DNA of 64,000 nt, taken from contig JBGPGO010000001.1 in the NCBI GenBank assembly GCA_041483895.1, positions 32,001 through 96,000 on the forward strand. Direction: 5' to 3'. Positions within the stretch are counted from its first letter, which is position 1. Every line of letters begins with the position of its first letter. The stretch comes from Fimbriimonadia bacterium (GTDB taxonomy: Bacteria > Armatimonadota > Fimbriimonadia > Fimbriimonadales > JABRVX01). A program made the translations under genes and the position numbers. Under the pieces are notes generated by a model that saw only the letters and a list, made by a program, of their open reading frames with translations, searched no databases and was not told the origin of the DNA. Below are positions 18,358 to 26,903 of this stretch, piece by piece.

Positions 18358-19815
18358 ATGGAAGACGTGAAGAAGCCTGAAGAAAAGAAGGAAGAGCGAT
18401 ACAAGTTAGAGACGGACAAGGAACCGGTTGTCACTCAGCACAGCATCACAATCAATGGCAAACCGCTGAACTACACTGTCACCACCGGCATGATGCCGAT
18501 CATGAATGAGATCGGCGAGGTGGAGGCTGGAATGTTTTACATCGCTTATTCCAAGAAAGGCGTCAGGGATCATAGTCGCCGTCCGCTCATGTTTTCGTTC
18601 AATGGCGGGCCCGGCTCGTCTTCGGTCTGGCTGCATCTTGGGGCGGTCGGACCTAAGAGGACGAAGATGACGGAAGAGGGGATGCTGCCAAAGCCTCCTT
18701 ATCAGTTGGTAGACAATCCGCATACATGGTTGCAAGAAACCGATCTTGTTTTTATCGATCCGGTGGGGACCGGGTATAGCCGCCCCGCCACCAAAGAGCT
18801 TGGCGAGAAGTTTTGGGGACTGAAAGGCGATATCGAATCGATTGGCGAATTTATCCGGCTCTATCTGACTCGCTCCGAGCGATGGTCTTCCCCGCTTTTC
18901 TTGGTTGGAGAAAGCTACGGCACCACGCGGGCGGCGGGGCTATCAGGATACCTTGTCGATCTTGGCATCGCGTTCAATGGCATCGTGCTCGTTTCGTCCA
19001 TACTTAATTTCATTACTGCTAGAAACACCAAAGGCAACGATCTGCCCGCGCTTTTGTTTTTGCCGACCTACACAGCTACCGCATGGTATCACAAGAAGTT
19101 GGCTCCCGGTCTGCAAAAGAGTCTCAAGAAGACGCTTTCCGAAGTGGAGGCGTGGGCCGCGAATGACTATATTATGGCGCTGTCCAAAGGTTCGGCGCTG
19201 CCCGCTAAGGAGCGCAAGCAGGTGATGGAGGCGCTGTCTCGATACACAGGACTCGATCCACAGTACATAGACAATACGGACCTTCGGATTAACATACATA
19301 ACTTTTGCAAAGAGCTGCTCCGAAGCGAGAAACGAACGGTAGGTCGGCTCGATAGCAGATTCAAGGGAATGGACGCGAGCGGCGTCACTGCCAATCCCGA
19401 CTTCGATCCCAGCATGTCCGCGATCCGTCCGCCTTATACCGCCATGCTCAACGACTACATTCGGCGGGATTTGGGCTACAAAACCGATACTCCGTATCAT
19501 ATATTGGGCGGGGGAATCAATAAGGATTGGAATTGGGGTTCAGCGGGCGAGGGTCATCCGGATACCAGTGATGCGTTAAGGACGGCATTCGTGAAGAACC
19601 CTTATATGAAGGTATTTATCGCGTCCGGCTACTATGATCTTGCGACGCCCTATTTCGCCACGATGTACACACTGGATCACATGGGATTGGATGCAAGCCT
19701 GCGAGACAACATCGCTACGAAATACTACGAAGCGGGACACATGATGTATATTCACGAAAAGTGTCTCAAGGAATTGCATGGAGACGTGACAGTGTTCTTG
19801 CGAAACTCCTACTGA
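18358..19815 (+). CDS. Serine carboxypeptidase, S10 family
   Basis: FNGGPGSSS, FIDPVGTGYS, GESYG, GYYDLATP, AGHMMY. Confidence 0.93.
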   Translation: MEDVKKPEEKKEERYKLETDKEPVVTQHSITINGKPLNYTVTTGMMPIMNEIGEVEAGMFYIAYSKKGVRDHSRRPLMFSFNGGPGSSSVWLHLGAVGPKRTKMTEEGMLPKPPYQLVDNPHTWLQETDLVFIDPVGTGYSRPATKELGEKFWGLKGDIESIGEFIRLYLTRSERWSSPLFLVGESYGTTRAAGLSGYLVDLGIAFNGIVLVSSILNFITARNTKGNDLPALLFLPTYTATAWYHKKLAPGLQKSLKKTLSEVEAWAANDYIMALSKGSALPAKERKQVMEALSRYTGLDPQYIDNTDLRINIHNFCKELLRSEKRTVGRLDSRFKGMDASGVTANPDFDPSMSAIRPPYTAMLNDYIRRDLGYKTDTPYHILGGGINKDWNWGSAGEGHPDTSDALRTAFVKNPYMKVFIASGYYDLATPYFATMYTLDHMGLDASLRDNIATKYYEAGHMMYIHEKCLKELHGDVTVFLRNSY

Positions 19816-22800
19816 TAGTCGCCTACGAGGACGAACGCCCCCCAGTATTTCGGATGCATATACTTGGGGTCCTTGCGTAGCTCAACCATGGCTTTGCGCA
19901 GCGCTTCGTCTTTCGTGGCGCCTGCCTTAAGGAATTCATACATGTGCTGCATGATGATTGCGGTCGCCGGATCGTTGATTTTCCATAAAGAAACAAGAAT
20001 ACTGCGGCCGCCCGCATATTGGAATGCGCGCGTCAATCCCAACACACCTTCCGAATAGGTTGCGGTACCTAGTCCGGTTTCGCAGGCGCTTAGTACAACG
20101 AGGTCCGCACTCGTCCGGACCTCTTGGAATATCTCCGCCGCGGTGAGCAGTCCATCATCAGTGGCCGATGGGCTAAGGGCGAGGCCGGACGCCAGCATTT
20201 CCGTATTGAGCAGGCCGTGGCAGGCAATATGCAAGATGCTTGCCTGAGACGCCCTTATCTTCAATGTCGTTTCGGATGCTTCATCGCTCGTAAAGACGGT
20301 CGCCTTATCTCCGTACAGCGCCTTAATGTGTTCCACTTCTTCTTTCGTAAATGGAAGGGGATCGAGCGGCAGGCCGCGGATCGTCTGCCCGCGCACATCG
20401 GCCATGGTTCTTTGCGGTCGACCGGAGTAGACCGGATTCCCGAGCGCGATCAATGGTCCCTCCACACGCTTCGTTCGCCGAATTTCTGCAAATAGCGTCA
20501 TCGAAAGAACGGTGTCGATCGGGATGTCATCGCTCAGATAGTGAAGCCCCGCTAGACCATCATCGACGACGGACTTGACTCCGCGTTCCTGATTGTCGTT
20601 ATCGCCGCGGGACCGATCCCTATCAATGGCTTGTGGCGGGGCCGCAGCGACAGAAACCTGCTTGATATCCGTGACAAGCGCCAAGAAGGGCAACGTCTGA
20701 AGCGGACCGTCTGGGCAGATCAACAGATGTTTCGCGTTCCGAATCATCTCGGCGGCCGGGGCAAGGAGGAGCTTGTAGAGCGCTAAACCATTCTCGCTGA
20801 ATTTCTCTCCACCGCTCACCGCTTTGAGAAAATCGGCAGTCTTCTTAGCCAGCTCGTCTTCAACGATGGCAATAGGAAACGCTCTCAGATCGGTTTTCGT
20901 GACGGCGATCAGCGTGGTCCGATCCGGCGCCACAAAATAGACCAGGAGGAGGGTTCCCTCGTCCAGATTCAACCGAATTCCGGCCAGATCGAGCGGTTCC
21001 GGATATACGATGGAGGCGAGCCGGGGAGACGCTTTGCGAACCTCCGCCTCGACCTCCTTCAGTTCCACGGCAAGGCTCGCGAACTCATCGGGCAGGTCCT
21101 TCTGCGCGTCGGATTTCGGTTCGCTAATCCGAAAAAGCAGAGACCGCTGCTTCTCCCGGAGCTGCTTGAAACGATCGGCCAGCGGCTTCGGCAGGTCTCC
21201 CGTCAGGTCGATTCCCTTCTCCCGAATCTGATCGAGAAGCGCGCGTGCCCGATGTGCCTCGATGATGGGAAGCGCCTGTGCGGCCTTGCCCTGCTTCAGC
21301 AATACATCGACATAGTGCAGGGGGATGCGGGAATACTTTTCTCCAAACCTCTGCTTGCCCTCAATCGATCCCAGAGTGCGGCGAATCTTGTCGATGTCCG
21401 CGGTAGCGGAGGCAAGGTGGCGCTCTGCCTCAGCGTACTTGCCGCCCCGTGCAGAAACTTTCCCCAGCCGATCGAGCGCATCCGCTTCCATCAGCGAGCC
21501 GGGCGCTAATTTATGAAAGCCGTCGTAGGCCCGCGTTAACAGCTCGATGGCTTTCGTGTCGTCTTTCTGACGGAATGCGACATCCCCCAACCATAAGTAG
21601 CTGGAACTTTCCGCCACCGAACCGGGAAAATTCTTCTGCCGAATTTCGAGCGCCTTTTCGTTATAGTCCTTTGCCGCCGCGAGGTCGTCGCGATTCCGGG
21701 CCAAAAAGCCGAGGTTCTGCAGCGTCATCGCATGCTCGAAAGAGTTTGGCGCCGCTTTTTCCCATATCGCGAGTGCGCGCTTAAGATTCGTTTCGGCCTC
21801 GGCAAATCCGGCTTCGGGGCCGTCCGCTTGAAGCGCCCCCAGATTATTCAGATATTGGGCGACGCTGCGGCCATCCGGCTGGAGTGGCTGCGTGAATTTG
21901 AGCGCCCGTTCGTAATAGACGATTGCAGCGCTCACGTCACCCGAATCTCGCGCAACATTGCCGAGGCTATTGAGAACTACGCCGAGATTGAGAAAGTCGA
22001 GTTTCTGCACATCCGTCGTCGCTTGGCTGGGATCGTCTGGGGTGAGACCATCGAAGATCGCCTTCGAGCGCAGCAGATTCTCCTGCGCCGTTCTCAGCTC
22101 CCCGAGGTCCAAGCAGACTGTGCTCAATTCGTTCATGCTCTGGGCCAGATCGCGCGAATCGGGCAGGATGCGCTCGCGAATTCCGATCGCTTCGGAAAGT
22201 CTGCTCTTGGCATCCGCCAATTGACCTAGTTCAAATTCGATCGCCCCGAGATCGTTGAGACGCTGCGCCGTCCAGACCTCGCGTTTGCCAGCGCGATCTT
22301 CGGCAAGGCACTTCTCATACCAGTCCTTGGCCGGCGCAAGTTTGTTTTGGCGCTTGCTCAGAATGAACCCGGATCGAAAGGCTGCCCATGACTTTACGGC
22401 GCTGTCCGACGTTACCTCGAATGCCTTGCCATATTCGATCAGCGCTTCATCCCAACGATTCAGTTGTTCGCACACGACCGCGCACCGATCGCGCAGCCAG
22501 GCCGCTGATTCGCGCTCGCCACCTTTCTCCAACTCATCAGCGCCGGATCGCCATATCCGTAGCAGGTCATCGTATTTCTTGTCTGGGATGGCCTTTTGAC
22601 CGTCGCGATAGATGCCCAGCGCGCGTTCGGAGCAGTTCGGACGAATGACCAGTCCCAAGTTGCCGCGTGGCACAGATATGGAGTGCTCCGCACCGGCGTG
22701 CAAGTACCGTAGTGGCACCGAGAATTGCGTCAGATTATTTGCCTCGCCGGCGGTCAATGCCGCTTGGGAACCAATCTTTGCTCCATCGTATTCGAGTAGG

Positions 22801-22943
22801 ACATCCCCGATCATCAACCCGACGGACGCAGCGGCGGAATTGGGAATGATTCGTTCGATGACCGATCCCGGACCGGCGGCAGCGCCATGCGAAAACATGC
22901 ACACAAGAAGGCAAGCGGCTCCACAGACCCTAGTCCGGACCAT
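19809..22943 (-). CDS. Signal peptide + PDZ + TPR repeats + CHAT (caspase-like) protease
   Basis: Probable start MVRTRV (ATG 22943). PDZ motif IIPNSAAASVGLMIGDVLLEYDG; kinesin-light-chain-like TPRs; CHAT motifs ICPDGPLQTLPF, LHIACHG, LVVLSACETGLG, SLWKIND, HPKYWGAF. Confidence 0.9.
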   Translation of the reverse strand: MVRTRVCGAACLLVCMFSHGAAAGPGSVIERIIPNSAAASVGLMIGDVLLEYDGAKIGSQAALTAGEANNLTQFSVPLRYLHAGAEHSISVPRGNLGLVIRPNCSERALGIYRDGQKAIPDKKYDDLLRIWRSGADELEKGGERESAAWLRDRCAVVCEQLNRWDEALIEYGKAFEVTSDSAVKSWAAFRSGFILSKRQNKLAPAKDWYEKCLAEDRAGKREVWTAQRLNDLGAIEFELGQLADAKSRLSEAIGIRERILPDSRDLAQSMNELSTVCLDLGELRTAQENLLRSKAIFDGLTPDDPSQATTDVQKLDFLNLGVVLNSLGNVARDSGDVSAAIVYYERALKFTQPLQPDGRSVAQYLNNLGALQADGPEAGFAEAETNLKRALAIWEKAAPNSFEHAMTLQNLGFLARNRDDLAAAKDYNEKALEIRQKNFPGSVAESSSYLWLGDVAFRQKDDTKAIELLTRAYDGFHKLAPGSLMEADALDRLGKVSARGGKYAEAERHLASATADIDKIRRTLGSIEGKQRFGEKYSRIPLHYVDVLLKQGKAAQALPIIEAHRARALLDQIREKGIDLTGDLPKPLADRFKQLREKQRSLLFRISEPKSDAQKDLPDEFASLAVELKEVEAEVRKASPRLASIVYPEPLDLAGIRLNLDEGTLLLVYFVAPDRTTLIAVTKTDLRAFPIAIVEDELAKKTADFLKAVSGGEKFSENGLALYKLLLAPAAEMIRNAKHLLICPDGPLQTLPFLALVTDIKQVSVAAAPPQAIDRDRSRGDNDNQERGVKSVVDDGLAGLHYLSDDIPIDTVLSMTLFAEIRRTKRVEGPLIALGNPVYSGRPQRTMADVRGQTIRGLPLDPLPFTKEEVEHIKALYGDKATVFTSDEASETTLKIRASQASILHIACHGLLNTEMLASGLALSPSATDDGLLTAAEIFQEVRTSADLVVLSACETGLGTATYSEGVLGLTRAFQYAGGRSILVSLWKINDPATAIIMQHMYEFLKAGATKDEALRKAMVELRKDPKYMHPKYWGAFVLVGDYQ

Positions 22944-23088
22944 ATTGGCCGAAGTTGATAAACACGGTATTGAGGTCAGGCAGCGCGACATTTCCATCGT
23001 GGTGAAGTCTACCAGCACTTGGTCGCAATTGAGAATTGTGACCGTATGGTCGTTGCATGGGATCACAGCCGGCATTGGTCCGTTTCAT
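22930..23088 (-). other. 52-aa ORF or gene remnant with a dockerin/EF-hand-like motif, overlapping the CHAT gene start
   Basis: Strong GGGGGAG RBS before ATG 23088; MKRTNAGCDPMQRPYGHNSQLRPSAGRLHHDGNVALPDLNTVFINFGQYGPD*. Confidence 0.4.
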
Positions 23089-23247
23089 ATCACTCCCCCT
23101 GTTACAAAGGACGCAACCGCCGACCCGATGGATACACTGCGCCTTGCTACGTCACGAATTTATGGCTTGCTACCCATCACCATTCCAGCGGTTGTTGCAA
23201 AGATTCGGGGATAATATGCGGACGAATCGAAAAACTGGAGGTTACGA

Positions 23248-23757
23248 ATGAGAAGTAGCGCTGTTCGCTGGATGTTGGTTGTACTTGGTATCGCACTGGT
23301 GGTGGGACCTGTTCCGGGTCAAAATTCCGCCACGAAGAAGGCAATCAACGCGGTGTATGCCAAGACGATGATCTGGTACAAAAAGAAGGATATGGTTAGC
23401 ATGCTCACCGTCGTCAGCAAGGATTTCGTCATGACAACCACGCAGGGCAAAAAGATGACGTACGCCGAGATGAAGAACCAAATGACAGAGCAGATCAAGA
23501 TGATCGATACGATAACGAAGGCGTCGTACAAGATCAACAAGATGTCCATGAAGGGCAAGGACGTTGTTGCCGACGTCACCGGATATTCGACGTTCAAGAT
23601 GAAGGGCCAGGACGGAAAACTCCATACCTATGCCGTAACGGTCGTGAGCAAGGACATCTGGACGAAGACCCCGAAGGGCTGGATGATGAAGGCCTCCACG
23701 AGTGTCAAGGAAGTGGTATTCCAGGACGGCAAGAAGATCACGTTGCCGGGTGGTTAG
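23248..23757 (+). CDS. Secreted NTF2-like (DUF4440-type) protein
   Basis: GGAGG RBS, signal peptide, pattern 'KD...M....SKDF....G...T...DIW.KT..GW'. Confidence 0.65.
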   Translation: MRSSAVRWMLVVLGIALVVGPVPGQNSATKKAINAVYAKTMIWYKKKDMVSMLTVVSKDFVMTTTQGKKMTYAEMKNQMTEQIKMIDTITKASYKINKMSMKGKDVVADVTGYSTFKMKGQDGKLHTYAVTVVSKDIWTKTPKGWMMKASTSVKEVVFQDGKKITLPGG

Positions 23758-23778
23758 TAGCGCGACCAGGCTTACCGA

Positions 23779-24204
23779 TCAGGGCACTCTTGTCTGAATC
23801 ATCGAATATCTGGCAAAGTCCTCCGGATCTAACGTCAGTAGTTCTCTGATTCCGTGCGCGAGCATGAACGCAACAAGACGTGCGTCATGGATTTTCCTTC
23901 CGGTAGAGGGAACTGATTCGATAAGATTCCGCCACCAAATGTAGATGTCCGGCGGTTCCGGGAGAAGCAGAAAAGCGCTTAGGAAGTAATCTATGTCTCG
24001 CAATACCGTCGCATGATCACGCGCCATACCGTTCGATAGTATCGGTCGAGTTGCGACGGAAGCGTATTCAATCAAATTCTGAGCGCATACGCAGACATTG
24101 GAGGCTGAACTCCGGACCTGATGTATGACGTCGAAGCAGGCCTCACGCTTGTCGCTATCCACATCATTCAGGCGGACCAAAATATTCGTATCGAGAAGGA
24201 TCAT
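23779..24204 (-). CDS. vapC: PIN-domain toxin (VapC family)
   Basis: ILLDTNIL, QNLIE, HDARLVA, LLTLD..DF acidic PIN motifs. Confidence 0.88.
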   Translation of the reverse strand: MILLDTNILVRLNDVDSDKREACFDVIHQVRSSASNVCVCAQNLIEYASVATRPILSNGMARDHATVLRDIDYFLSAFLLLPEPPDIYIWWRNLIESVPSTGRKIHDARLVAFMLAHGIRELLTLDPEDFARYSMIQTRVP

Positions 24205-24437
24205 TCATCTGGTTCCGAGTAAATTGCCTCGCGCTTGAGAGATTCTTCCCCAATCGAAAGTCCTTTGACGCCGTTCGCCTTTAGCCTTTTCAGTGCGGCT
24301 TCCCAGTCCTCGTCCGGGACGTTAAGTCCCTGAACCAGTTCAACATGGAATTCTAGAGACAAGTTGACAGGAAGATCGACCTGCTCTTCGGGAACTATTA
24401 CCTTGCCGTCAAAGTGACCGCGAATTGTCCTTGTCAT
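24201..24437 (-). CDS. Putative antitoxin (AF2212/DUF104-like N-terminus)
   Basis: MTRTIRGHFDGKVIVPEEQVDLP...SLKREAIY; ATGA overlap with the PIN gene. Confidence 0.7.
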   Translation of the reverse strand: MTRTIRGHFDGKVIVPEEQVDLPVNLSLEFHVELVQGLNVPDEDWEAALKRLKANGVKGLSIGEESLKREAIYSEPDE

Positions 24438-24445
24438 TATAGTCC

Positions 24446-25174
24446 CTATTGTACACCAGTCATTGACACCCCCGCCCCGGCGAGAATGTCCGATGGCTCG
24501 CGATCGACCGCAAACCAGGTGGAAACATCGTCCGGCCACGCCCGAACTCCCCATGCGACCACGAAATGGAACTGAACTAGTTCCCCTTCCCGTAGGCCTG
24601 GAAATCGCGCAATTAGCCCTTCACGCCCTAAATTGAGGTGAGATTCTTCGGATGGAAAGCTGCGGGCGATTTCCTCGAAGAAGGGTAAGAGTCTCGCTGG
24701 CAGGCCATCACCCCGCATCGCGCGACGATGCAGCCACCTTTCATCTTCCATGCCGATATGCACGACGACTGCTCCCGCCGTCCTTTCCATGGCGGTTAGA
24801 CCCTCACCTGTATCCGGTGACCAATCATCATATCGCGCCTCCGCATCAAAGAAGGCCCTGAATTCAATGCCACTCAGATCCTCGATTGCTCGAATTCTCC
24901 ACGTGGCCGCCCAGCAGTCTGCTACTTGCATCCCTTCCGGCAATTGGAACGTCGGTCTGCAGAGGAGCAATTCGGCCTCCACGGATCCGTTCGACCAACA
25001 ATGGATTCGCGCGCCGGTGGTGAGCTGATAGCCAATGGATGGTTGAGCGCCCAACACGTTCGTTTCGTTGACCGTCAAAGTGAAGCGCACGTCGCCCAAT
25101 GAGGTTGAGATAACTGGTTGCACATCTCCTCGCAGCCACTTTCCATCCGGACAAGTGAACAGCCGAATGTGCAT
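24446..25174 (-). CDS. Hypothetical protein
   Basis: 242-aa ORF packed between marR and the antitoxin; no family recognised. Confidence 0.55.
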   Translation of the reverse strand: MHIRLFTCPDGKWLRGDVQPVISTSLGDVRFTLTVNETNVLGAQPSIGYQLTTGARIHCWSNGSVEAELLLCRPTFQLPEGMQVADCWAATWRIRAIEDLSGIEFRAFFDAEARYDDWSPDTGEGLTAMERTAGAVVVHIGMEDERWLHRRAMRGDGLPARLLPFFEEIARSFPSEESHLNLGREGLIARFPGLREGELVQFHFVVAWGVRAWPDDVSTWFAVDREPSDILAGAGVSMTGVQ

Positions 25175-25176
25175 GA

Positions 25177-25617
25177 TTACTCTACGCTCATTAATGCCAG
25201 CATCCGCAGCAAGGCCTCCTGGTCACATGCAGAAAGATACCGTCCAAAATGCTGTTCGATGCCTTTTGCGTAGATCGGCCAGGATTGTTCGACCGCTTGC
25301 TGCCCCGTTTCGGTCAGTACCGCATGGGAGCCTCGCCGGTCCTTCGGGCAGCGCTCCCGCCTGATAAGCCCATCCCGCTCCAATCGGTCCACCTGCCGCG
25401 TGAGGCCGCTCCGGCTCAGAACTACCCGGCTAGCCAATTCTGACATGCGCAACCGCTTGTCGCCGGCCTGATCGAGCTCCACCAACACCTCAAAAGCGGC
25501 GGACGGCTGCAGTCCCTGCGACACCATGTCTCGGTCAATCCGATCCACGGTTTTCGCGTGGGCTACCAACAAGGCCCGCCAAGCCCGGACAAACATTGGT
25601 CCTGATTCACAGCTCAT
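25177..25617 (-). CDS. MarR family transcriptional regulator
   Basis: Start MSCESG (GGAG RBS); LRMSELA..VVLSRSGLTRQVDRLERDGLIRR...DRR...LTETG. Confidence 0.9.
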   Translation of the reverse strand: MSCESGPMFVRAWRALLVAHAKTVDRIDRDMVSQGLQPSAAFEVLVELDQAGDKRLRMSELASRVVLSRSGLTRQVDRLERDGLIRRERCPKDRRGSHAVLTETGQQAVEQSWPIYAKGIEQHFGRYLSACDQEALLRMLALMSVE

Positions 25618-25639
25618 CGAAAAATCTCCAAGAAAATTC

Positions 25640-25707
25640 GTTGCACTTGCAACTATACTACGCATTGGCTCGTTGTTCGTTGCAGATACAATTATTGTAT
25701 CGGCAAC
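25640..25707. promoter_or_regulatory. Three palindromic GTTGCA-N2-TGCAAC-type boxes, probable MarR operators
   Basis: gttgcacttgcaac (25640-25653) and gttgcagatacaat-t-attgtatcggcaac (25679-25707) lie between divergent marR and doxX. Confidence 0.7.
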
Positions 25708-25723
25708 TAATTCGGAGGTGAGC

Positions 25724-26149
25724 GTGAAAAAGCTCTTTAGCACGAATAACGATATCGCCTATCTCATCGCCCGGCTGGCGCTCGGGATCATGATCTTTCC
25801 CCATGGCTGCCAACTGCTGCTCGGTTGGTTCGGCGGGGGCGGGTTTGACAAGACGGTCACGGCCATGTCGCAGGGCGGAATTCCAGTGCCGTTCGTCTAT
25901 CTGGCCATCATCGCCGAATTCTTCGGCGGACTTGGATTGATTCTCGGGTTTCTCAGCCGAATCTCGGCATTTGGTGTAGGCACGGTGATGGTCGTTGCGG
26001 TCTTGCACGTCCACCTCAAGAACGGCTTCTTTATGCCGACCGGTTACGAGTTCCACATCTTGGCGACCGCTTTGGCGCTCATCGTCATGATCCGCGGCGC
26101 GGGACCGCTGTCCATCGACAGCGTACTTTCCCGGAAGAGAGCAAAGTAG
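25724..26149 (+). CDS. DoxX family membrane protein
   Basis: GTG start after GGAGG; ARLALG..IFPHG.Q.L.GWFGG, AEFFGG, HLKNGFF, GYEF, GAGPLSID. Confidence 0.9.
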   Translation: MKKLFSTNNDIAYLIARLALGIMIFPHGCQLLLGWFGGGGFDKTVTAMSQGGIPVPFVYLAIIAEFFGGLGLILGFLSRISAFGVGTVMVVAVLHVHLKNGFFMPTGYEFHILATALALIVMIRGAGPLSIDSVLSRKRAK

Positions 26150-26201
26150 ACCTCGGATTTACACGGGGCGGCCCGGCGTGCTATGCTTGTCCGGTCGCCC
26201 C

Positions 26202-26903
26202 ATGCTGATCCCGATACGAGACGAAAATCCTTCGAAACAGTTCCCGGCCGTCACGGTCACATTGATCTGCCTCAATCTGATTCTGTATCTGTGGGATCGT
26301 GGTGGCAACCCGTTCGGCCCCAGCGCGGTGTTCAACCAAATGACGATGGTGCCCGCCGACGTCACGGCGGCGTTGAACGGGGGACCGAAGGATTTGCTCC
26401 TCAATCTCTTCACCTGCATGTTCCTTCACGCCAGTATCGCTCACATTTTGGGAAACATGCTGTTTCTTTGGATATTCGGCAACAACGTCGAGGACACGTT
26501 TGGCTCTGCCGCGTTCCTTGGCCTCTATCTGTTTTGGGGGCTGGCCGCCTCGGCTCTGCACATTTACATTGACCCCACAAATCAGGTTCCGGTCCTTGGC
26601 GCGAGCGGGGCGATAGCGGGAGTGCTTGGAAGCTATTTAATGTTGTTTCCCCATGCCCGAATCGATACGTTGTTCTGGGCGTTTTTCGCATTCGTATTGG
26701 AGGTGCCGGCATGGGCTCTGCTTGGCGTATGGTTTATCATGCAGGCTCTAATGGTCTATTTTGGGACTCTGACGGGTGTGGCAGCGTGGGCGCACATTGG
26801 CGGCTTCATGGCGGGCATGATCACGGTCCTCGTACTTGGCGGTCGGGCGAGACTGCTGCGCAAGTCCGAAGAGTTGGAGGCCGTCCGTGAACAGCAATCT
26901 TAA
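26202..26903 (+). CDS. Rhomboid family intramembrane serine protease
   Basis: MLIPIRDENP, FLHASIAHILGNMLFLWIFG, GASGAIAG, AAWAHIGG. Confidence 0.92.
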   Translation: MLIPIRDENPSKQFPAVTVTLICLNLILYLWDRGGNPFGPSAVFNQMTMVPADVTAALNGGPKDLLLNLFTCMFLHASIAHILGNMLFLWIFGNNVEDTFGSAAFLGLYLFWGLAASALHIYIDPTNQVPVLGASGAIAGVLGSYLMLFPHARIDTLFWAFFAFVLEVPAWALLGVWFIMQALMVYFGTLTGVAAWAHIGGFMAGMITVLVLGGRARLLRKSEELEAVREQQS

